Assembly (NCBI GenBank): GCA_054600435.1 | Contig: BAAIJX010000006.1 | Coordinates: 682,001 to 746,000, forward strand | Direction of reading: 5' to 3' | DNA from: Neophaeotheca triangularis | Lineage: Eukaryota | DNA length: 64,000 nt | Shown here: piece by piece, positions 54,823 through 64,000 of the stretch | How the letters are laid out: every line of letters begins with the position of its first letter | Numbering within the stretch: position 1 is the stretch's first letter | Program-made: the position numbers and the translations under genes | Notes under the pieces: model-generated | Database searches by the model: none | What the model was told of the DNA's origin: nothing | What the model saw: only the letters and a program-made list of their open reading frames with translations

Positions 54823-57102
54823 CTCGAGGCTAGACCAGCCTCGAAGGCGGATTGGTCCTGAAGAGGAGAGAAGCCTTGCTAGTCCTTGTACAGCGCGAGT
54901 AGGCTGCTACAGTAGTGGGGCGGAAGGGCCCGCTTCGTGAGCAGGGTTGATGGAAGGACTAGAAGTTCTACGTCTCCCACTGGTGGTCACCGTTCGTGTA
55001 GAGCCTTGTGTGGTAATCCCAAGGCGGCTGTTCGTTTCATGGCAAGATGTCTCGGGTGAGCCAGGAGCATTGTCGCGTGGATTACAGCGACATGAAAGAG
55101 AGAAGTCAACCCGAGACAAGTTTGACTGTTTGAGCAAGCAGATGATGAGTCGCGCTGCCCGCGTCTTCTTCACCGGTTTGCAGGCGGGGGGGGGGGCGAG
55201 CTACCGAGAGCTTCCTGAGGGCTGCCGCCTCCCAACAGCGTCGAGCGCAGAGCGAGCGGGTAGAGTGGTTGTTCTGCCAGGATACTAGTATGGCCAAGTT
55301 AGCTAGCTACCTAGCTATTGAGCGGGTGCTTTGAAGAGAGAGGGTGGTGATTGTGAGACATTTTGCCACGGCTGATTGTGAACAGCAACAATAAAAGGTC
55401 TTCTCATTATTGCATTTCCCACTTGCACTCCCACTCGCGATTGGTGATTGGTGATTGGTGCTGATGTGTGGTAATAATGGCATCGCTAACCTAGTAGACA
55501 TGCACGTCTGCTAGCTGCAGCTTTGGGAGCGGCGAGCTGCCACTTGCCAACGGTCCAACCCAGCTGGACTGGAGTACTTTCACCACGCGATTCTAGCTTG
55601 CCTTGCCCGTGCTTGCCCTACCTGTTGTTTGTTGGTCTGTCAGATAATGTCATGATGGTATATACCGTAGGTACTACCTAGGTAGTAACAGTATAGGCGG
55701 CATCGTAGCGAAAGGGGCCGATAGTCTGGATGCTTCTCTTCCAAAGTGGGTGCTCCTCTAGAGAATAAATCTGATAATGAACGGGGAGGGGAACTGTCGA
55801 TAACCGACGTACGTATGTAGGTCTGGAGTCATTGACCCACGTGCTCACGCAGAGGCATCTGTCTACAGAAGTCAGAGTGAGGTTGGCCTTGGTCGCCTTC
55901 TTCCAATGCTGATGATCATGTCCACTACATAATAGCCCGAGTACTGTAGTGAGGTAAGTAAGGTATGCTTGCTTGCTTCCATGCAGTCTCCGAAGCCGAG
56001 AAGTCACATCCCGCAAAAAGCCGCACGGCCATCCTCAGAACATTCATCAACCACTCCACCCACGACCACGCTTCTTCCCGACTGAAGAAGATTGGGCTTC
56101 CAAAACCACATGCTCAGCTTCTGCTGAATAACTAACACTTGCCCTTCCATTCCATCCCAGGTCCCATCGCCATCCGGTCTTGTAATGCAAAGCACAAGTT
56201 ACGGACATTCACTCTCGACAGCGCCGTCGCGGAAGACTCCCCTTCTGCTTGGTTGGTCTAGCAGAGCTTGACGGAAGTCAATGTACAAGCAGAAGCTCGG
56301 CTGACTGCTGCTGCTGCTGCTGCTGCTGTCTCTCTTTCTTCACCGCCATTTCAGATTGTATGGTGGAAATGTACGCAATCGGGCCAATGAATGACGCACG
56401 CGGCGTGCTCGCTGCGAGTGATGCGGGAGCCGCTCGTTGCTGTTGATCCGGATGGTGTGCATGACGGTGTGCCCTCTGGGTGTAGATATTAGATACCTCT
56501 TGAGGTACAAGATACGTACTTTGAACTGAGGGTGACGATGGCAGAGATACTGGTAGTCCATGCCAGACTCTCGTGCCTACAACGGCCGTCGATGAGTTCT
56601 GGCCGGCATGGAGCATCGCTCCGTAATTGACAGTGCTGGCGGCCTTATCTACATGGTGGACTGGGTTAGAGGACGTCGAGATAGGCTTAGAAGATTCCAC
56701 GTATCTCAAGCATGCCGTGTAACAGTCGCCTAGGGTACAGTGCTCGAGCCACACCATCGTGGCATACTGAACACCAAAGAAAGCGCAGAGAGGTTTGCAT
56801 ACTTGACCGGAGGTGTTTTGTGCACACCAGCGCCATCATTATGCGCAATCCGCGCTCTGCCTATTTGCCCCCGATTCGGCGTCTGGAGGCCGTCAGTCTG
56901 ATATCTGTAGGCCCCGAGTCTGGTATTTGTAGGCTTTCAGCCTTACGTAGGATCGCAGCTGGATCAGAATGAACCAGGCTGAACCAGGTCGCGTTATTAA
57001 AAATGCTCAACGTTGGAACTATACATTGCTTTGTTAAAATGCCAGAGGTAGCGAAGAAGAAAACGACAACCCCACCTTCTCGTTCCCACAAAACGTCAAA
57101 AG

Positions 57103-57721
57103 ATGCCGTTTGACGACGAAGACGACTGGTACGATGGCCGACACCATAAAGAGGCCGAACAAGACCTGTACGAGGAAGCAGACTGCTACGACGCAGAAGC
57201 GGACTATGATCAGCGCAAAGACACGTTGAACCGGATGATGGGTAACGTTGGCGAGTATGCAATCCCGACCTAAAGGCGAAAAGCCGTTCGAGGTCGTACT
57301 GATCGCTCCCGCCCCTCTTATCAGAGCCGTTGAGAGCCGTCAAACCGAGAACGAGCGTATTGGCGACAGGGACGGCCGGCTTGAGGAGCATAAGGAACGT
57401 ATCGCAGTCCTGGAGGCGGACCGGGATGCTCTGAGGCTGGAGCGTCTGCATGCTGCTGAGGAAGCTGCTGGGCGGGGGAGTAGTGCGTGGGATGAAGAGA
57501 GAGGAGATTGGGGCGAGTTTGTGGAGGCGGATTATGAAGCTGAAGGGGCTGAGGGAGGAGAGGGTGACAGTGATAGCGGAAGTGGAAGCGATATGGATGT
57601 TGAAAGCGGGGATGAGGACGAAAGGCCACGGAGAGTTGGAAGTGATGCTCGAAGTGACGATGAAGAAGTTGATATGGATGTCGAGAGCGATGGTGGGAGC
57701 GACGTTGAGGATGAGGATTGA
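57103..57721 (+). CDS. Hypothetical highly acidic 182-aa protein (two exons)
   Basis: Exons 57103-57254 and 57325-57721. The 70-nt intron GTATGC...ACTGAT...CAG is phase 2 and joins MPFDDEDDWY...NVGE to AVESRQ...DVEDED in frame. Confidence 0.65.
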
Positions 57722-58145
57722 GGATGAGCATTGAAGATTCCCACGGAGTCTTACCTTCGTAGTGTTAATATCGTGGGTTGAGCCCTTGTAATTCGTCAAG
57801 TTAACGATGCAAATGTCATTGAATTGCGTGCATCGGTTCTCGCTCCGTCAACATCCTTAGCACAGTTTCTACTCGAGTCACCCAACATAAGTCCTTGTCC
57901 TCGACTCAGCGAGATCAGCAAGATCCGAAAAGTCTAAGATGTGGTGTCAAGATTCGAATTGAGCATTTAGGGGAATAAACATCGCTTGATACCATGTGAT
58001 GATCCTCTCAATGCATGTAGAAATGCAACAAAGGTGTACTTGCCCCCGGCTAATCTTAACTGCTTTGAGGGATCCATGTCCGCGTCTGTCTGCCGTCGAG
58101 ATTTCGAGTGCGCGCCGACTTTGCTGCGTCGGCGTTGGATATGAT

Positions 58146-59453
58146 CTACCCGTCTTCGCCACGGCCACCCGACCTTCCCGCAAAACGCCTACCCATGTCC
58201 ACACCCTCGGCCTTTTTCCTCACATCGCCTACAAACTTTCCACGATCTGTTCGCTTGGCATCGTCTGCCTCCCGCTTGCGTGCTTCTGCTTCGTCAATGT
58301 TCGCTAAGCGCGACTTGCGCTCGCTCTCAAGATCTGAAGCAGCTGACTGCATCAACGCGAGCTTACGTGCTTTCTCTGCTTCGGCATCTGCGTCATTTCC
58401 GGGTTTCTTTTCGCTAGGTGGATTTGCATCAGGGGGGCTTGATGCCTTCTCACGATATCTAGAAGGCGGAGAACGAGAGCGCATTCTGTCTCTTCGCTGT
58501 TCCCGGCGCGGTGAGCGTGGTCGAGAATCAGAAGATCCAGTGCGACGAGGGCTGGGGTAAGAGCGGCGCCGGTAGGAGCGTGGATCTGGATCGCCGCGGC
58601 GAGGAGGTGAGCGCGAATAGTCTGCTCTCTTCGCCTTGCGCGGTGGACTACGAGAAGGAGAAAGCGAATTTCTTCGGTGGCGGTCTGACTCGTGGCGCCC
58701 TTGATCCCTGTCGCGACGACTTCGACGAGGTGGTGATCTGGACCTGGAACGCGAGTCGGAAGGAGAGCGTCTGCTGCGGCGATGATGGCGATGCCGACTG
58801 TCGCGCTCTTCGTCGTCGTCACGGCGTCGTCGCTTTCTCTCCCGTCGATCGTCGTCATAGTCGTCGTCTCTGTGCTTACGGTGGTGATGCCTATGGCGGT
58901 GTCTGTGCTTCCTCTCACCCTTCCCATCGTCTTCGTCTTTCCCAGCCGCAGCCATCAATGCTTTCCTTTTGTTGGGATCGCTCATCATCGCCTGGTAAGC
59001 GGCCTGCTCTTGCTTCTTCATCATCAACATAGGGTCGTTCGCGATCTTGTTCGCCGTGTCGCGCATGCTGTTGGGGTCTTGCGCAGCCATGAAACCCTCC
59101 TGACCAGCGTCCTTCTTCAAGTCCTCGCCTTCGTCCCTCTTTACTAGCCCGTCGAGTCTGCGTTTCCCTAGAAGATAGCCCTCCATCTCCTCAGTGACAC
59201 CACCTCCGCCTGGACCGCTGGAGCCAGGACCATTGTACATCCAGTCCACCCTGTCAACCCGCTTCTTCCCACCAGCTGCTTCCTGCATGCGCTCCAAGTC
59301 CTGAATCTGGCGCTCCTCAGCCCGTTCCTTGATGAGTTGCTCGGTCTTTTTGCGCTCTTCCAACGCCTGCTTCTCTGCCTGCCAGACCCGCGTCTGGTTT
59401 GACATGAGGTTGGGATGCCATGATTTCTTGAGATTGAGATCGCCACCACCCAT
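58146..59453 (-). CDS. CWC25: Pre-mRNA splicing factor Cwc25, 435 aa
   Basis: True start [14 protein letters not shown] at 59453 (Cir_N), [19 protein letters not shown], and an RS-rich C-terminal half. Confidence 0.95.
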   Translation of the reverse strand: MGGGDLNLKKSWHPNLMSNQTRVWQAEKQALEERKKTEQLIKERAEERQIQDLERMQEAAGGKKRVDRVDWMYNGPGSSGPGGGGVTEEMEGYLLGKRRLDGLVKRDEGEDLKKDAGQEGFMAAQDPNSMRDTANKIANDPMLMMKKQEQAAYQAMMSDPNKRKALMAAAGKDEDDGKGERKHRHRHRHHHRKHRDDDYDDDRRERKRRRRDDDEERDSRHRHHRRSRRSPSDSRSRSRSPPRRSRRDRDQGRHESDRHRRNSLSPSRSPPRKAKRADYSRSPPRRGDPDPRSYRRRSYPSPRRTGSSDSRPRSPRREQRRDRMRSRSPPSRYREKASSPPDANPPSEKKPGNDADAEAEKARKLALMQSAASDLESERKSRLANIDEAEARKREADDAKRTDRGKFVGDVRKKAEGVDMGRRFAGRSGGRGEDG

Positions 59454-59821
59454 GTTGCCGGTTGGAGTCTGATGTTGCCGAGTGGCTTGTGTGTGTAGGA
59501 GATGTATGTGGCAGAAGGTAACTGGAAGGTGTTGTTTCATAGGTTGGCAGGCATCTCTCGAGCGGCGGGTGCTGCCGCAACTCTGATAAGGGCTCTTATC
59601 GGTGAGCTTCCTCTTGGCGTGCTGCCTGGAGCTCTCCGTCACCTACCTTACTAGGTCCAGTTCAGTCGACCTCTAACTTTCGCGAACGCATAACAAACAC
59701 CCTATACACTCTTGTCACATTCACTCACTTCCATATCACGCAGAGAATCGCTGCTAATATCAACTGAGATCAACTTTCCCCTCCTTGATCGCCAACCCTA
59801 CCCAAAGACTGTCAGTCCACA

Positions 59822-61597
59822 ATGTCCGACGACGATGACTTCATGCAAGCGTCTGATGAGGAAGAGTAAATGACACGCCAATTTATATCGAACTTTGAGC
59901 AACCCAGGCTGACCCTTTCTCAGCTACGACTTCGAATACGAGGATGACGACGATGCCGAGCAAGGTGGCGATGTCGACGTAGAAAACAAATACTACAATG
60001 CGAAGCAGATGAAGGCGGATGCTCCTCAAGAAGCCATCGGAGAGTTTCTCGGAGTCCTGGCGTTAGAGCAAGAGAAGGGCGATTGGTAGGCATTCTCATA
60101 CTCGTGGATCATTCGGATGTCGACTGACTTCGTCCAGGGGATTCAAGGCACTGAAGCAGGCGATCAAGCTCGAGTTCAAGCTCGGCCGATACGATGATGT
60201 ATGTTCATACCACCCTCGTTTGAACTCGAAGAAGATACTAACAGTCTAAGGCCGTCGAACACTATACCGAACTCCTGACATACGTCAAATCCGCCGTCAC
60301 ACGAAACTATTCAGAAAAGTCAATCAACAACATGCTTGACTTCATCGAGAAAAACGCCGAGGATAAAGCCGCGAATGAGTGCATGGAACACTTCTACTCC
60401 AAGACCCTTGAATCTTTCCAGGCCACCAACAACGAGCGGTTATGGCTGTCAACCAACACCAAGCTTGCGCGCCTCTGGCTCGCTCAGCAAGACTACGAGC
60501 GTCTGACCGGGAAGGTCCGCGAACTCCACAAGGCTTGCCAAAAAGAAGACGGTTCCGACGATCCGAGTAAAGGCACATACTCGCTGGAGGCGTACGCGCT
60601 TGAGATTCAGATGTACGCGGAAACGAGGAACAACAAGCGTTTGAAAGTAGGTTGCAGGCCGCCTGTTGACGGGACCTAACTTTGTGGCTAATGGCTTCTA
60701 GGGACTGTATCAACGAGCTCTTCGTGTCCGTTCGGCTGTACCACACCCCAAGATCATGGGCACAATCCGAGAGTGTGGCGGCAAGATGCACATGAGTGAA
60801 GGTAAGCAAGGACTTGGACGTAGCCAGAGCACCGCAATGACTGACCATTGTGACCAGAGAACTGGAAGGAAGCTCAGAGCGACTTCTTCGAATCCTTCAG
60901 AAACTACGACGAGGCTGGTTCGATGCAACGGATCCAAGTGCTCAAATACCTGGTACTCACGACGATGCTCATGGGCTCCGACATCAATCCATTCGACTCG
61001 CAAGAAACAAAGCCATACCAAAACGACCCAAGGATTTCCGCCATGACCGAGCTTGTCGACTGCTACCAACGCGACGAGATCCACCGATATGAGACTGTTT
61101 TACAGAAGAACAAGGATCTGCTTGCCGACCCTTACATTGCAGAGAATATTGACGAGGTTACCCGCAACATGCGCACCAAGGCTGTCGTCAAGCTCGTTGC
61201 GCCCTACACTCGTTTCCGTCTCGACTTCATCGCCAAAAGGCTCAGTATTGCGATACCAGAAGTGCAGGACATTGTTGGCTTTTTGATCATGGACGGGAAA
61301 CTATGTGGCAAGATCAACCAAGCTGCTGGGACCGTCGAGATTGAGAATAGGGCGGACGCAGATCGCATGCAAGCCGTCGATGACTGGACGGGCGCCATTC
61401 GCAACATGGCTTCTTTCGTGCTCAACGAGACCGACGGTTTCAAGTCTGATGATTCAGGTGCCAGAGACCCCTCGAGCATGGTGGGCAATTCAGACATCTT
61501 CTCTGGTGGTGCTGGCGCAATGGCGGGCTCCAAAGGTGCCGGGGCATCGGGCACAGGTGGGAAACGGAAGCAAAACCGAGTACCGGGTTTGAAGTGA
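59822..61597 (+). CDS. CSN2: COP9 signalosome subunit 2 (CsnB), 500 aa
   Basis: Exons 59822-59865, 59924-60085, 60138-60198, 60251-60646, 60702-60801 and 60858-61597, frame checked. [61 protein letters not shown] and PCI domain. Confidence 0.96.
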
Positions 61598-64000
61598 CGC
61601 GCATGCCTTCGCACTACATCCTGTACTTAGGTAGTGGTAAAGAGAGGCGTGATGGCAGCGTGGTGTTTCTGTGTCCAGCTCTTGGGTGCCCGTTGCGACA
61701 CCGACGAGAGAGAGCCAAGGCAAGAGGAGCCGTGTGCGGCCTATCGACAAGCAGAGAAGCGTGCCACCTGTCTGCACGCTCCCTTGTCTCTGGTAGCTGG
61801 GACAGAAAATGGCTGCGCTAGAAATATTTGGAAGCGCTTTCCCTTCTCGACATGCGCCCAACACCTACGTCCCGGCTCCATTCCATTGGCGACTCGGTCT
61901 CCCTTTTCTTTGCCAAACAAATTGTGCGTTGAAAGCGACTAAGAAGACTTGCTACTTGAGCCGTCGCACCGGATCTCGCTTGGTTTTATCGGGCTGGCGC
62001 AAGCGGTATGCTGTGCCTGATAATGTGGATCCTCTTCTGTCCTGCCGTGTGTTTCTGTCTTGCGCAAGGTGGCCAGCGGAGGAACAGACGGACTTCTTCG
62101 GCGCGCCTTTTGCCGGCAACACCGTCGCCGGTTGCACAAGACAAGCTGCGCGGTTAGGTGTCAAACTGGAGAGAAGGAGATCCAGTCAGCTGATGTTGCT
62201 TGAAATTGCTCGCAACTCCACCAGCTACGTAGTAAACGAATGAATTTCCAGACCGACATCAACGCTCCATCTTGTTACAAATACAGGCGAAGATGGCGGT
62301 TTTCCACTCAATCATGATGTCGTTCTAGTCTCGCCCCCATGTCAGACTCGCACAAGTCACCTGATCCCCGCGAGCCTGGTGGCTTGGTGGCTTGGTGGCT
62401 TGACGAGATCACAACCCTTCCCTTTCGCTTCGTCTCAAGTTCAAGATCGGTGGGAACCGATACTTCTTGGCCATCTACATGACTTCTTCACAACCCACAT
62501 CGCTGGAACCTCGGCGGCGTAATGGGCACGCCGGTCGCCGCGACTTAGATCGATCTATCCGATACTGTGTAAAGCGTCTCCTCTTTTGCTGCACCTAGCC
62601 AAATCCACAATAATGGCCAAAGACCTCATCCTTGTCCGGTGATTCGTCCAGCTGTCGTACACACACCCGAGCTGCAAGCCTGCACTTTCTGTAGCCTTGC
62701 CGCCTTGTCGGGACACTGCTCGACTGGGGTCGACATGAAGAAGCGTGGGATGAGGTGTGAGGAGTAAATGTGATATATCGGTTATCGGGAACAACTCGAT
62801 CAACCGACCAGCACCCTTGTACGTTTTGAAAAAATTCTCACACCTCATCTTGCACGGGAAATGTTATCGATTCGACCTTTCAATCAGGCATGTTGTCACG
62901 GAGCTAGACGGCGAGGTACAGAATGTGACTGATTTCAAATCCCTGCCAATGATTGATTAAGCGAAGGAGGATACAGGTGTGAAATGGTAGGTTAGGTCTC
63001 ATCTCTCGAGTCAAAGCTGAGCGCGTGAGGCTCGGCCGTCGCTGCGATACCGCCCGTCTTGTTCAAATGCTCGGTCAATCAAACAGCCCCGGTGCGGCGT
63101 CGCTGGTGCTACTGTGGCACTCGATAGTCCACTGTCTACTTGTGAGATCGCACACGAACGAACCCTCTCACCACTTGCCTTTACATCACACAAGCAAGCA
63201 CCCACGCCCAGAGGGCAATGATCCCGCCCTGTCGGTACAGGCGCAGGAAGCACATCCCTCCAATCCCCTCCCCTCGTTTCACCGCGAGGGCTCACCTTGA
63301 TATTCTGCTTTGCATGAGCTGGCTTGCCCTAGCGCTGGGAGCAACACGAGCTGTTGGGAGAGCTGTACCTGTCGTTCGGACAGGGTTTCCAGTCTTCGCC
63401 CTGCTCGGCCCGCGGAGTGGTTTTGGATGGCATATTTTTGATACAAGGGCCTGGGCGGTGCCGCGATTGCGTAGAGTTCCGTGCGGAGCGCCCTGCTCGC
63501 TCCCTGTTGCGTCCCCGTGGCCTGGCTGGCAGATTAGTTTAGTTCCGATCGGAAGCAGGTGATGTCGGCCGCGGTGCCCGTAGCGCGCACTCTGTAGCGA
63601 TGCCTGCCCTTTTGCGTAAGAAGGTCTTCCCGGCAAAACGCCATATCGGGCGTTTTGGTGTTTGGGGAGTGGATCCTCCCTTGACTGATCTTGGTTGTAT
63701 CGTTGTCAGGGCGAGAGTAGTGGCATTCTGTCGCTTCCGGTACCTGACATGAAGGGAGATCTCGTACCCACCGGCGTGGACGCCCCCGGCTTGTCGTAGT
63801 GCGTAATTGTGTGCAGATGGACGGAGTAGATGGGGCAGGGCCACACACGCGCGCTGTGTATAACTTGACAAGAGCTGCGCTGCTTCTGCTCCTCTCCTGC
63901 TGGCTGGTAATGCGCACCCCGGTCGTCTTCGACGTTACTCTACAGCAAGGAAGAGCACACTCTTTGTTTCGATCGAATCCGCCACGCATCTACGCCGTTG

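Noticed and set aside
61700..64000. Numerous 60-150-aa ORFs after CSN2
   Set aside because: No motifs, coding-like bias or consistent splice model. Treated as intergenic.

Overview
This is eukaryotic genomic DNA from a filamentous ascomycete (Pezizomycotina; Dothideomycete affinity is an impression only). It has short GT-AG introns with CTRAY branch points and is gene-dense. I support 19 protein-coding genes plus one weak ORF. Recognisable genes: BEACH protein (BPH1-like), vacuolar subtilisin PRB1/pepC, SQT1, a DAO-family FAD oxidoreductase, CCDC47/DUF1682, SMC3, RIO1, ATG17, sconB/MET30, a BTB protein, DOA1, CWC25 and CSN2. There is also a divergent velvet-domain protein and several orphans. 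I reconstructed exon structures by hand and checked their frames. I saw no tRNA, rRNA, CRISPR or coding transposon. The most unusual item is non-coding: between two convergent genes (29472-30690) is a diverged tandem array of ~508-nt units, with two full copies and a third remnant. Each full unit folds back on itself through ~100-nt imperfect inverted arms, and the differences between copies mostly keep pairing as G-U on the + strand. Neighbouring units can also pair with each other in a mutually exclusive way. This is a candidate undescribed structured RNA or foldback element. Also notable: the non-canonical velvet-like gene sits behind a 5.5-kb gene-free region, an AGGTACCT/TACCTAGGTA palindrome recurs about 200 bp upstream of several genes, and some splice sites have competing alternatives.
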